This document shows, one piece after another, positions 25,252-34,768 of a stretch of DNA of 64,000 bases. The DNA is taken from the IMG/VR virus record IMGVR_UViG_3300046536_000256, positions 1 through 64,000 of that record; one strand, given 5' to 3'. Each line of letters begins with the position of its first letter. The stretch's first letter is position 1. Both the position numbers and the translations under genes were made by a program. Below the pieces are notes generated by a model. That model ran no database searches and was not told the origin of the DNA. It saw only the letters and a list, made by a program, of their open reading frames with translations.

Positions 25252-25422
25252 TTACCACAGCTCCAGTAGAACCGTGACCATTCTCTTAAACCAAGAGTAA
25301 TTCCGAGGTAATCGGTTGCGAGGACCAACTATGTATTGTTGGTAGTCGGCACTCCCCGAGGAATGGCCACGGTAGTAGCTGGAAGGCAGAGGCGTAATCG
25401 TGCGATTCGGTCTGTTCGACAT
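25252..25422 (-). CDS. small hypothetical protein (56 aa)
   Basis: Hand-found MSNRPNRTITPLPSS...LLELW; weak SD. Confidence 0.4.
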   Translation of the reverse strand: MSNRPNRTITPLPSSYYRGHSSGSADYQQYIVGPRNRLPRNYSWFKRMVTVLLELW

Positions 25423-25477
25423 AATTAATAAGTCCGTTTAGTTAAATAATAAATTGGCCAAGCAAAAGAAACAAAGG

Positions 25478-25505
25478 CTAGGCCTGCCCAATTGGGCAGG
25501 CCTAG
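25478..25505. terminator. 28-bp perfect palindrome, putative terminator
   Basis: CTAGGCCTGCCCAATTGGGCAGGCCTAG right after the stop at 25514. Confidence 0.65.
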
Positions 25506-25513
25506 TTTATTGC

Positions 25514-26836
25514 TTAGCCCATGAGAGCGGCGATGGAAGCCGGCAGCGCAACCTGAGCGGAACCACCAGCTGGTGCTGGCAGACCGATAGGTGCGCTGTC
25601 AGTACCTTCCGACAGGTTGCTGGAGATTGCACCCTGAGCCAGACGACCCAGACCCGAACCCAGCGCACCAGCTGCCAGACCCAGAGTACCAGCAGCGGTG
25701 TACTTGCCGAACTGGTTGTCGATCACGCCTTCCAGCATTTCACCAGCGAAGAACGAACCGACGATACCGGCAACTGCACCGATACCACTGCCGACGCTCA
25801 GGCTGCCACGGTGACCAGTTTCCAGAGCAGCGCCCAGCAGAGCACTACCTGCGGCAACCCAACCAGCACGCACGCCGTCGTCACGTTCACCACGCAGGGA
25901 GAAACGCGAACGAGCTTCAGCCGACTGAATAGCCGGTTTGAAGGTCTTGGCGAATTCCTGGAACTTGGCGTTTGCTTCAGGCACCTGGCTGACGAAGGTG
26001 TGGAACTGTGCATCGTTGCTCAGACCTTCCGGTGCTGCTTTGGCGGTTGCCGAAGCTTGTGGTTGGAAGGCCAGGTTCTCGGACAGGAACACGTTGTACA
26101 GCTCGTCGCGTTGCGCTTCGGTTGCGTAACCAATAACCACCAGGTCAGCAACAAAGATTTCCAGAGCGGTTTTCGGTTTGGCTTCGTTGTTCATAACAGT
26201 CGACTCGTTGGTGGCGGTGGATGCGGCAGGCGCAGCGGTTTCAACAGCAGGAGTGTTAACAGCGGTCAAAGCGATCAGAGTAGTTTTCATGGTTGGTTGC
26301 TCCAGGGAAGTGTTAGAAGTGTTAGAAGTTTGTTCGGCGGTAGCGGCAGGTGCCACTTGTTCTTGTACAGCCACACCGGATACCGGCGCGGGTTCAAGCG
26401 TTGCATTTTGTTGCTGGCCATGATTCAGGATCCATTCTTCGGAACCTGGTTCACCGACCAGTTGATGCGTTTCAGAGTGCACAACGCTTTCTGGCGCTGG
26501 GGTCTGAATGTTGATTACCGATTCACCGTGCAGCTCGTCCACTGGGATCAGTGTACCTTCCAGGGCCGCAGTTGCAGGGGATGTTGCAGCAGCCAGCAGA
26601 GTTGGATCTGCTTTACGCACTTGGTTCATGCTGAAGCCAGTACCGAGTGCTTCGTTAACGCGTTTCAGGAAAGTCTGACGATGCTGCTTTTCCAGGAACG
26701 CTTCGTCGAACATCTTGGCCTTCAGTACAGCCTGGATGGTTTGTGCATCGCCGCCATTGCCTTTGATTGTTTTCAAAGCTTCGATGGTAGCTTCCAGAGC
26801 CAGTTCATAAACAGGGCGTTCAATTTGCGAATTCAT
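25514..26836 (-). CDS. glycine-zipper membrane protein with low-complexity linker
   Basis: Start reassigned to MNSQIERP (AAGGAG SD). A/T/P/E-rich middle, C-terminal GxxxG-rich hydrophobic helices. Confidence 0.75.
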   Translation of the reverse strand: MNSQIERPVYELALEATIEALKTIKGNGGDAQTIQAVLKAKMFDEAFLEKQHRQTFLKRVNEALGTGFSMNQVRKADPTLLAAATSPATAALEGTLIPVDELHGESVINIQTPAPESVVHSETHQLVGEPGSEEWILNHGQQQNATLEPAPVSGVAVQEQVAPAATAEQTSNTSNTSLEQPTMKTTLIALTAVNTPAVETAAPAASTATNESTVMNNEAKPKTALEIFVADLVVIGYATEAQRDELYNVFLSENLAFQPQASATAKAAPEGLSNDAQFHTFVSQVPEANAKFQEFAKTFKPAIQSAEARSRFSLRGERDDGVRAGWVAAGSALLGAALETGHRGSLSVGSGIGAVAGIVGSFFAGEMLEGVIDNQFGKYTAAGTLGLAAGALGSGLGRLAQGAISSNLSEGTDSAPIGLPAPAGGSAQVALPASIAALMG

Positions 26837-26909
26837 TGGGTGTTGCTCCTTGTCGGGAAAGTGTAATGTTCTGCGTAACACAAAGATATTTGTATTACTT
26901 ACTGTGATA

Positions 26910-26924
26910 GTTATATAGACCTGA
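26910..26924 (-). promoter_or_regulatory. variant promoter motif TCAGGTCTATATAAC
   Basis: Degenerate copy in an AT-rich gap upstream of the glycine-zipper gene. Confidence 0.5.
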
Positions 26925-26960
26925 AAAAGAATATAAGTTAAAAATAAACGCAATCAAACA

Positions 26961-26998
26961 TATACCCCTTATCCCGCATTAGCGGGATAAGGGGTATA
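26961..26998 (-). terminator. 17-bp perfect stem-loop followed by TATGTT
   Basis: TATACCCCTTATCCCGC-ATTA-GCGGGATAAGGGGTATA immediately after the stop at 27001. Confidence 0.75.
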
Positions 26999-27000
26999 AA

Positions 27001-27432
27001 TTACTTACCGAGGCTGTACGCTTCGTTGGTAAAGGTTAGTTTACGGCCCGCCCAATCGGTTAATACGGTTTGGCACGCCAGGATGTCATACTGGTTAAAG
27101 TCGTAGGTCAAACTCATGTGCGGAATGTAACCCGCATACGGAGTCTCGTAACCAGCGGCTTTAAGGCGGAGGTGTTCTTCTTGCAAGTCCTTACTGGTCA
27201 AACGAAAGATCAAACCGTCACCCAGAATCTCCAACGCCACGACATGCGCTTCGAAGATTCGTGTAGGGTCCAGAACAGCTAGGGGTTTATCGATATCCCG
27301 CTCATCGTAGATCAGCGTTGAGTGGAAGTCATGCTTGGGTGCAGGAGCGATGCCAGCAGCACTCAGAAGAGTAATCAGCTCTGCTTCGAAGTCACTGGTC
27401 AGTTCAACCGAGATGTAGCTGTAATCCATCAT
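27001..27432 (-). CDS. 2H phosphoesterase, T4 57B/Acb1-like
   Basis: Two HxT/S motifs, FHSTLIY and YIPHMSLTYD, ~60 aa apart in a 143-aa protein; start reassigned to MMDYSYI. Confidence 0.75.
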   Translation of the reverse strand: MMDYSYISVELTSDFEAELITLLSAAGIAPAPKHDFHSTLIYDERDIDKPLAVLDPTRIFEAHVVALEILGDGLIFRLTSKDLQEEHLRLKAAGYETPYAGYIPHMSLTYDFNQYDILACQTVLTDWAGRKLTFTNEAYSLGK

Positions 27433-27440
27433 CAGGCGCC

Positions 27441-28160
27441 TCAGGAAGGGAAGGGGGTGTCCAATACAATCCCTTGGTGGTTGTCGACGATGTCCAAACA
27501 ACGGAACACAGCAAAGACCCCCTTGTGTTCAGTCGACAGCCGGTTCGCTTCTTCCATCGCCAGCGCCTTGGTCTGATGACGATAAGGAACGTTGTGGATG
27601 TTGACCGCGCCGGTTTGGGTTACCTTACCGATAATGAAACGACCCAGCGTCTTGGCGTACTTCGGTTTGTAACTTGCAGTGCCAGCCAGCGTGAGTTTGT
27701 TGTGGTACATCTGGAAACCTTCCCAGCGTGCATTCACCCACTGCATGACGTACTTGTCGCGGGAATCACGGTCCAGTACCTTGGGATCGAACGAGCCTTC
27801 TTCAAACAGCAGGTTCTCGAACTCTTCCCGTAAGGTGCAGTTCTTGTTATCCGGACGAGCAGCCACCGGAGGCATGCCATGACCCTGTTGCAATTCGCGA
27901 GTAGTGCGGCGCGTTAGGGGAATGGCCACGACGTAAGGATCCGTGTCGTTAGCCGGGGTGTAGACCATTACTGGTGCATCTTCTTTGACATTTGGACCAA
28001 TGCGTTCGTGCAGGACTTCTACCGCTTCTAACAGAGCGGCTTCAACGTTAGGTTGCCCCAACTCTACGGTGCGCTTGTTTACCCATGCTTGATCAATTGC
28101 GCGCAGCGAGAGTGGTTCGGTGGACAAGAAATCCACCGGAGTCAGTTCTTGAACAGTCAT
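27441..28160 (-). CDS. hypothetical protein
   Basis: 239 aa; C-terminal PYRHQTKALAMEEANRLS...FAVF motif of a type common in phage proteins. Confidence 0.7.
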   Translation of the reverse strand: MTVQELTPVDFLSTEPLSLRAIDQAWVNKRTVELGQPNVEAALLEAVEVLHERIGPNVKEDAPVMVYTPANDTDPYVVAIPLTRRTTRELQQGHGMPPVAARPDNKNCTLREEFENLLFEEGSFDPKVLDRDSRDKYVMQWVNARWEGFQMYHNKLTLAGTASYKPKYAKTLGRFIIGKVTQTGAVNIHNVPYRHQTKALAMEEANRLSTEHKGVFAVFRCLDIVDNHQGIVLDTPFPS

Positions 28161-28180
28161 TGCTTATTCTTTCCTTGAGT

Positions 28181-28648
28181 TTATTCGTGGCTACCCGGTA
28201 CATCGAAGTTTGGTAGCCCTGGAAGGTCTCCGTCCAGAATCTCGGAGACCCAGCGACCGCCGGCCATTTCAATCGCACGCCAATCAGCAGTTCCGCCGAT
28301 TTGTTTGGCGTACTCGTTTAGCAAACGCGGGTGATAGTTGTGGTCGCCCATGAGACAATGGCCGAGGCGATCAGCGATTCTGGAAAGGTCATCGTGATCA
28401 GCACCTTCTACCCGACCATCCGGGTGCAGGACTTGGACGCCGTACCACTTGCAATAGTTTTCCATCGTCACAATGGGTTTGCCGAAAGTAGACGGCGACT
28501 GACACAGCAGCGGAATGCCGCGTTGACTTACGTAGACCTTTGTCTTCGGTTGCCCCGGAACTGTGACCCACTGGATGATGTGTGGGTCACTCTCTTTATT
28601 ACGCCCCGGAACTTCTGCGGGTGCTTCTGGTTGAATTTCGTTCGCCAT
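28181..28648 (-). CDS. hypothetical protein
   Basis: 155 aa, GGAGA SD. Confidence 0.65.
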   Translation of the reverse strand: MANEIQPEAPAEVPGRNKESDPHIIQWVTVPGQPKTKVYVSQRGIPLLCQSPSTFGKPIVTMENYCKWYGVQVLHPDGRVEGADHDDLSRIADRLGHCLMGDHNYHPRLLNEYAKQIGGTADWRAIEMAGGRWVSEILDGDLPGLPNFDVPGSHE

Positions 28649-28926
28649 CTTTGTTTCTCCCCTGAAGAAGGTTGTTTAGGTCCGAATATCTTGTCGTGGA
28701 ATTTCATTGAAGCCACCATACCGAACGCAGCCCCACACCCCGCACTTATCCCAATGGTCCACTCCCCCTTAACTACTAGGGTAATAGCGGCTACGTCAAA
28801 CGCCGCCATTAAGAACGATGTGAAAAATACAGAGCGGGTGTGGTTACCTATTACGTTCTTGTACTGGAACCCTTTTAGAAACACCGCACAAAAAGACGAT
28901 CCAACACTAAGAGCATATAACAGCAT
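28528..28926 (-). CDS. small multi-pass membrane protein
   Basis: Three hydrophobic helices with a GCGAAFG glycine motif; tail overlaps the next gene by ~120 nt. Confidence 0.65.
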   Translation of the reverse strand: MLLYALSVGSSFCAVFLKGFQYKNVIGNHTRSVFFTSFLMAAFDVAAITLVVKGEWTIGISAGCGAAFGMVASMKFHDKIFGPKQPSSGEKQRWRTKFNQKHPQKFRGVIKRVTHTSSSGSQFRGNRRQRST

Positions 28927-29414
28927 TAGCTTAATCCGCTGTATTCAGTGTCATGGGTGGTAGGTTTGGCGGCAGCGTCTTTAGCGATCTGGTCCGCCTC
29001 TTCGTTATCAGGGATACCGGAGTGAGCCTTAACCTTAATGAACTTAACCTTATTCACCCTGAGCAACTCGTTCAGGATGATCCACAGGTCTTTGTTCTTG
29101 ACCATCTCGCCGTTGCGGGTAAGCCAGTCATTACGGTACCAGTTCTTGACCCACTTAGTCGAACCGTCAATGGTGTACTGTGAGTCGGTATAGATGTTGA
29201 TCCGGGCGTTCGGACCAAACTCCTCCAGCGTGGCAATTACTGCCATGATTTCCATGCGGTTGTTGGTAGTTAAGTAATAACCCTTGGAGAGTGTGACCTT
29301 CTGGTCTCCGCATCTCACCACAGCCCCATATCCGCCAGGCCCCGGGTTGCCCAAGGCGCTACCGTCAGTATGCACCTCGTAAACAATCACCGGAGCCTTC
29401 TTAGCTTTTGCCAT
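28926..29414 (-). CDS. rnhA: ribonuclease HI
   Basis: TDGSALGNPGPGGYG, TTNNRME, YTDSQY, VKNKDLW, KVKAHSG, NEEAD. Confidence 0.97.
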   Translation of the reverse strand: MAKAKKAPVIVYEVHTDGSALGNPGPGGYGAVVRCGDQKVTLSKGYYLTTNNRMEIMAVIATLEEFGPNARINIYTDSQYTIDGSTKWVKNWYRNDWLTRNGEMVKNKDLWIILNELLRVNKVKFIKVKAHSGIPDNEEADQIAKDAAAKPTTHDTEYSGLS

Positions 29415-30353
29415 CTAACACACCGCGCTATGCCGTAAGTATTTCAAATGAAAGGCCTTCTCTATTATCTTCAATAGATCGACCCGAGAGTTAATGCAGT
29501 CCCGAATATACCGGAGTTGATCCAAGATTAATTCTTCGCCCCGTTCTTGCAGTATCCGGAACAGTTGGTCGTCAAAATTGGGATGACCGAATTCAATGTG
29601 AAAACGATTACCCCTGAGATCGGGCGCAACCGCCCAAGCATCTTTAGCCGTTTGAAAGGCATACAGGGTAGTCCGTGGCAGAGTGATCTCCAAGAAGAAC
29701 ATCCGGCTACGGATATACACTGTGGGTGCTGTTAACCGTACACTAGTCCAAAATACATCGGAAATGTATAACAGTCCTACACAGTTGACGTGGCTATTCG
29801 TTGCATTCACATGTGTAAGATCGATGTCGGCGTTAGTAAAGAATGTGCAGTGCTCCAGACTACAGTCTACGATACTGACAGTAGACTTGGTTGAAATCAC
29901 CGAACAGGATTCAATCCAACAGTTAGAAATCCAAGCATTTTTAGAGACGGCGGCATCTAAGAGCTCTACCTCGTCAAACGTTACCCCCGTGTAACTGTTT
30001 CGTTCTTTACCGTCACTGACAAGCACATCAGAGATGGTGTAGTTACACCCGATGCTGTAGATGTTGGCAACGGCGCAACGCCCGTGAAAGGTGTCGTTCT
30101 TACTCGTGCAGTTCTTGAGTACCACATCGCAGTACTCAAGGTCCTCAATATCCTCGTCCTCGTTCACCTGAAGTGACAGGTATTTGTTCGAGTCCACCTC
30201 CACGATGGATTCAGGACAGAGGCTGTATTTCAACATGTACTGCCCAATCGGGAAGTAGTAGCGGTCAACGCCCTCAATAGGTGCCGCGAGTTCCGGGAGG
30301 GGCATCGCGTTCAGCTTTACCCCGTCCAAATACAGACCCGGTTTTTGTGTCAT
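29415..30353 (-). CDS. beta-helix-like repeat protein, paralog 3 of 3
   Basis: Periodic I/V-x-N/D/S-C/S repeats; shared N- and C-terminal motifs with its neighbours. Confidence 0.75.
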   Translation of the reverse strand: MTQKPGLYLDGVKLNAMPLPELAAPIEGVDRYYFPIGQYMLKYSLCPESIVEVDSNKYLSLQVNEDEDIEDLEYCDVVLKNCTSKNDTFHGRCAVANIYSIGCNYTISDVLVSDGKERNSYTGVTFDEVELLDAAVSKNAWISNCWIESCSVISTKSTVSIVDCSLEHCTFFTNADIDLTHVNATNSHVNCVGLLYISDVFWTSVRLTAPTVYIRSRMFFLEITLPRTTLYAFQTAKDAWAVAPDLRGNRFHIEFGHPNFDDQLFRILQERGEELILDQLRYIRDCINSRVDLLKIIEKAFHLKYLRHSAVC

Positions 30354-31288
30354 ATTGGATCTCCTAACGTTCTTTCGAATTCAGCCCACAGGACCTGGAT
30401 GATTCTCCGGCGAGAACGAATGCAATCTACCACGTAATGATAGATGTCTTTCGGCAGAGCCAGTTCACAGTCAACCAATAACTCGGTCAACTTGGCCTCG
30501 AACTCTGGGTCATCCACCGGGACGTTAAACCCACCGCCTTGCCGGGTGATGGCAAACTCATCATTCCCCGTCTGATAACAGTACAGTGTCAGGTTAGGGA
30601 AATCCAAGCTGAAGAAGTACAAGCGGTTAGGGATGTGGCAGTCATCCACCTTCAGGTACATCTCGTTCAAACGGCTGTCGATTATCCGGATGAAATTCGC
30701 GGCATGTACACTGGCGTCGTTGAACTTACTCCCCTCCAGAACCAACGCTCCCTTAGAAGAGAACGACGAGTTCTTCATCGTGGACCCTTCGATACGTGCC
30801 TGACCCTCTGTGTGGACCGTGGAGTTGATGATTGACGAGTTGAGTACGAAGCTACCATCAGAGATCGTAGCGTTCTCCAAACGCGAGCTGATGACCGTCT
30901 GGTTGACTAACGGGTGCAGACGCGCGGTTTGCATCGACGAACGCGAGATATCCGAGTTCACGATGTTGCAAGCATTGGTCACCGTGTTGCTCAATACGCA
31001 GTTACCAGTAAAGGTATCGCGGTAACTGCTGCTGTTCGTGACGGTTACCCACGCGTGATTCTCGTCATCATTGTCCTCTTCGATTTCCAAGTCGAGGTAA
31101 GCAGCAGAGTCAATCTTGACCACCGAGTGTTCATCAAGAAAGAAGTGGAGTGTTAGGATCCCCACGGCTACTCGGTATTGATCGAAATCCCCAACACCGC
31201 CTTCATCGTCAACAGAGGGGTAAGTGTTTAGCCGGATAGGTTCCAGCTTGTGACCGTCAATGTATACGCCAGTTTCGTGTTCCATCAA
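30350..31288 (-). CDS. beta-helix-like repeat protein, paralog 2 of 3
   Basis: GVYIDGHKL, NSSSYRDTF, IPNRLYFFSLDFP, YVVDCIRSR. Confidence 0.75.
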   Translation of the reverse strand: MMEHETGVYIDGHKLEPIRLNTYPSVDDEGGVGDFDQYRVAVGILTLHFFLDEHSVVKIDSAAYLDLEIEEDNDDENHAWVTVTNSSSYRDTFTGNCVLSNTVTNACNIVNSDISRSSMQTARLHPLVNQTVISSRLENATISDGSFVLNSSIINSTVHTEGQARIEGSTMKNSSFSSKGALVLEGSKFNDASVHAANFIRIIDSRLNEMYLKVDDCHIPNRLYFFSLDFPNLTLYCYQTGNDEFAITRQGGGFNVPVDDPEFEAKLTELLVDCELALPKDIYHYVVDCIRSRRRIIQVLWAEFERTLGDPI

Positions 31289-31344
31289 AAAGCTCCTAGC
31301 AAAACATAACCCACCGGAGTTTCCTCCGGCGGATTAGTGTTCAG

Positions 31345-32808
31345 TTAGACTGCGTAGATGTCGTCCCAAGGCCTTGTGCGGTCACCAACTTCGCGGACAA
31401 GCTGTCTAGCTTCATCCAACAGGCGAACGACTTTCAAACGAGACGTGATCGAGTCAGTCAGGTAACTCGCGATGCTGCGAGTCAGTAAGGTTGGTTGTGT
31501 GTGAAACCCTTCAGGGTCCATTGACAACTGCATAGCAATGAACTTCTGAATATCTTCGTCCGGAGTATCCAGACGCATGCGCTCCATGCTGTGTTGCTGA
31601 GTGCCCAGATCGAAATCCCGGCGAGTGGAGCGAACGAAGTACAACTTGTGTTGCGGGGTATCCAGCTCCAGGTAGGAGAACTTGTTGGGAACGTACACCG
31701 ACGGAGCGCTGATGTGCACACCATTGAAGCGGGTGTGTTTCACCAACAACTCACCCTCAGCGATTACACCCGATTTGTTCAGGTGGACATCTTTGACGGT
31801 AATACGGGTACCGCGAACGTTGGCGTCGAACAACTGGCTACCGGTAACCGTGACGTACCCGCTGCCGCTGACTTGAGTGTCGTGGATTTGTGAGTCGCGG
31901 TAAACACCGTGGGACACTGCCGAGTTAAACACCGAGGTACGCTTGAACTGACCCTCTTTAACGTTCATGCGTTCACGGATGTCTTTCGTCGGCACAGCTG
32001 GCTCTTCGCTCAGGTGGTTAAAGCCATACCCGTAACGATGGTCCACTTCCTTGGTACGCGCCAGTACAGAATTGTTCAGCACGTTAAAGGAAGACTCGGT
32101 GTTCACCAACAGTGATTCACCGATTGGCAGATCCTCGTTGCTGGACGAGTTGATCAAGACCAGTGTGCCATGAATGGCGAGGTTGGTTGGAGCGTGGCTG
32201 TTATGACGCGTTTCACCGCCACCCAGGGTAACTGTGGAGTTACCGTCCAGCAAGTAGTACGATTCAATCCCGTTGTTCTTCAACAGATACAGCGAGAAGA
32301 CTTTGTCGGCGTACAACTGGCTGACCTGGTGTGGCAAGTAGAACGCCTTCGGCAACAGGCTGTTACGGATGCGGTTGTAATCGACTTTCAAGCCGGTCGC
32401 AATCGGTTCCTGCAACACGCCTTCAAACATGAAGGTACCGGTGGCCTGAACCGATTGCAGCGCGTTGGCCACCGCTTCGGAGATCTTGGCTTCCGGGTCG
32501 AGGCCAGCCGCCTTCAGCACCTTTTCGGCGTTACGGATCTGGCGGTCGGTTGGCACTTCTTCGGCAACATCGGTGCCCGCAGGGGTTATGTGAGGCGCGG
32601 TAAAGCTCTTAGGATTATCCGAAGTCTCTTGAGCGATAGTCCCGATAGGTTCTTTGAAGGCCTTTTCCAGGTTCTTCTCGAACAGACTGTTTGCGGCTTC
32701 CTGAGTGAAACCTACTTCCTTTGCGGTGTCTAACGCCTTGAGCGCTTCGGCCACAGGCTTCAGGGTAAATTTATCCCCGTTGGCTGGTTTCTTTTCCACT
32801 TTACTCAT
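31345..32808 (-). CDS. beta-helix-like repeat protein with N-terminal extension, paralog 1 of 3
   Basis: Start reassigned to MSKVEKK (overlaps the ligase stop); VPNKFSYLELDTP, YLTDSITSR. Confidence 0.75.
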   Translation of the reverse strand: MSKVEKKPANGDKFTLKPVAEALKALDTAKEVGFTQEAANSLFEKNLEKAFKEPIGTIAQETSDNPKSFTAPHITPAGTDVAEEVPTDRQIRNAEKVLKAAGLDPEAKISEAVANALQSVQATGTFMFEGVLQEPIATGLKVDYNRIRNSLLPKAFYLPHQVSQLYADKVFSLYLLKNNGIESYYLLDGNSTVTLGGGETRHNSHAPTNLAIHGTLVLINSSSNEDLPIGESLLVNTESSFNVLNNSVLARTKEVDHRYGYGFNHLSEEPAVPTKDIRERMNVKEGQFKRTSVFNSAVSHGVYRDSQIHDTQVSGSGYVTVTGSQLFDANVRGTRITVKDVHLNKSGVIAEGELLVKHTRFNGVHISAPSVYVPNKFSYLELDTPQHKLYFVRSTRRDFDLGTQQHSMERMRLDTPDEDIQKFIAMQLSMDPEGFHTQPTLLTRSIASYLTDSITSRLKVVRLLDEARQLVREVGDRTRPWDDIYAV

Positions 32809-34768
32809 GAAGTGCTCCTGCTTTAATCTGTTGAATGAGTGCATCGATGCTCGAGGCAGCGGTTGCGTTAATCGTAGGGATATGCTGTTCAGCTGCTTTT
32901 AGTATCTTGCTCTGACCAGGCTTCTCCCCGATGAGGAGGTAATTGCAATCCTTGGTGAGTTTATCCACCAGTTCAATACCATGATCCCCGAAGTAGCTTT
33001 CCAGTTCTTCCCGGGCTTGACCGATGGTACCGGTGATGCAGACCTTCAGTTCCGTAATCGGACCCTCAGGCTCAACCAGAACATTAAGGTTCGCCAAGAT
33101 ACCTTCTGCGTTCTCCACGAACTCTTCACTTTCAAAGCTCAGGGCAATCGGGATAGACAAACCAGCAGAGAACCCTGGGATCTTGATCAGTTCGTCAGCA
33201 TTACCCAACCACTGAAGCAAGTTCACATTCCCCGGCCATGCGGCGGCCAGCTTCTTGGCACGCGTCAGATCAACACCAGGCAGACCCAGCGCCTTAATGA
33301 CACGGGACAACGGTTGACCTTTGCGCACTTCCTGAATGCGGTTGTAGATCTTCTCACCTACCACACGTTCATTTAGAAGAAGGATATCCACAGGCAACTT
33401 GATATAACCCTGTTCGATCAACTCGGCAACAGTCACAGGACCCAAGTCGTCGATATCCAGCGTGCGTTTGTGCGCAAGGTTCACGCAACGCAGCACAAGC
33501 TGTGCAGGACAGTCTGTGACGTTGGTACAGATGAGATCGGCACTCTGCTTGGTGATGCGCTTCTCCAGCGGCATGCAGCAGCTAGGGCACTCCTCAGGCG
33601 CTTTGAAGAGTTCACCTTCGCCATGTTCAATCACACGGTTCAGACGAGGGATCACATCCCCGTTACGAGTCACACCGATTACCGAACCTTTACGCAGCTC
33701 CACCGCTAGGAACTGTTTATAGTTGTCCAGATACGTGCGAGCACAGATCACCCCACCAATGCGGGTAGGAGCGTAAAGCCCCACCGGCACCACACGACCA
33801 GTACGAGTGGTATTCCACACGATATCGGTCAGAGTAGTAGCAACCTCCACATCTGGGTACTTGTACGCCAGCGCCCAGTTAGGGTACTTGTTGGTGACCC
33901 CCAGCTTTTCTTGCAATTCAAAGTCGTCGACCTTGATCACAATACCATCGGCTGGCCAGTCCTTGCTGTTGATGTTCTCCCGGATCGCTTCCAGCGACGC
34001 AACAGGCGCGCAATGGAAACCCAGCAGGGTCAGGTGGTTACGCAGTTCGCTGTACTTCTTCTTGCCCAAGGTACTGCTGCAATAGTAAGCGCCGAACCGC
34101 AGGATCCCTTTAACCGCGTGGTTCTGGTTCTCCGGCAAAGCACGAATCCAACCGCTGACTGCGTTACGAGGGGTAGCGGCTTGTTTAAGCGCTGTCTCGT
34201 TATACAGTTCAAAGTCGTGACAGGTGATGTGCCCTTCACCGCGGATGTTGACAGTGCCCGGGACAGGAACGTTGTTCAGGTCAGTCAGCATCCTTGGGAT
34301 GTTCAGACCGAACAAAGGCAAAGCATGGGTAACGTCTTCGCCCACCAGACCGGACCCACGAGTCACCATGGATATCAGTGGACCGTCGACATACGTCAGT
34401 TCCAACGCAATACCGTCCAGCTTAAGTTCATAGAAGAACAGAGTGTCTTCCGGGAACCGTGCGAGGAACTTGTCAACCGCGTCTTGGTTCAATCCCTTCT
34501 TCAAGCTCAGCATTGGGCTATCGAAGGTAACGGGTTTCAGGCCTTCATTAGTAGGCTCGTGGATTGGCACGGGTTTGCGAGCGGTTTCGAACAGTTCGGC
34601 AATTTCCGGGTGTTCCTCGGCCAACTCTTCGAAGCGCTCGACCATCTGGTCGTACAGATAATCTGGGATCTCAGACGTGTCCTTATTGAAATAAAGATCC
34701 GCGTGGTACATGATGTCACGATTTAAATCGTTCATCTCTGTGAAGATCGTTTTATGTTTTGCTTTCAT
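32801..34768 (-). CDS. ligA: NAD-dependent DNA ligase
   Basis: ELKLDG (KxDG), TRGSG..GEDVT, DGIVIK, OB domain, Cys4 zinc finger, HhH motifs, BRCT; start reassigned to MKAKHK. Confidence 0.97.
   Translation of the reverse strand: MKAKHKTIFTEMNDLNRDIMYHADLYFNKDTSEIPDYLYDQMVERFEELAEEHPEIAELFETARKPVPIHEPTNEGLKPVTFDSPMLSLKKGLNQDAVDKFLARFPEDTLFFYELKLDGIALELTYVDGPLISMVTRGSGLVGEDVTHALPLFGLNIPRMLTDLNNVPVPGTVNIRGEGHITCHDFELYNETALKQAATPRNAVSGWIRALPENQNHAVKGILRFGAYYCSSTLGKKKYSELRNHLTLLGFHCAPVASLEAIRENINSKDWPADGIVIKVDDFELQEKLGVTNKYPNWALAYKYPDVEVATTLTDIVWNTTRTGRVVPVGLYAPTRIGGVICARTYLDNYKQFLAVELRKGSVIGVTRNGDVIPRLNRVIEHGEGELFKAPEECPSCCMPLEKRITKQSADLICTNVTDCPAQLVLRCVNLAHKRTLDIDDLGPVTVAELIEQGYIKLPVDILLLNERVVGEKIYNRIQEVRKGQPLSRVIKALGLPGVDLTRAKKLAAAWPGNVNLLQWLGNADELIKIPGFSAGLSIPIALSFESEEFVENAEGILANLNVLVEPEGPITELKVCITGTIGQAREELESYFGDHGIELVDKLTKDCNYLLIGEKPGQSKILKAAEQHIPTINATAASSIDALIQQIKAGALHE

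Noticed and set aside
28528-28648. Programmed frameshift joining the membrane ORF to the overlapping downstream gene
   Set aside because: No slippery heptamer or downstream structure seen, and the downstream gene has its own SD and ATG.
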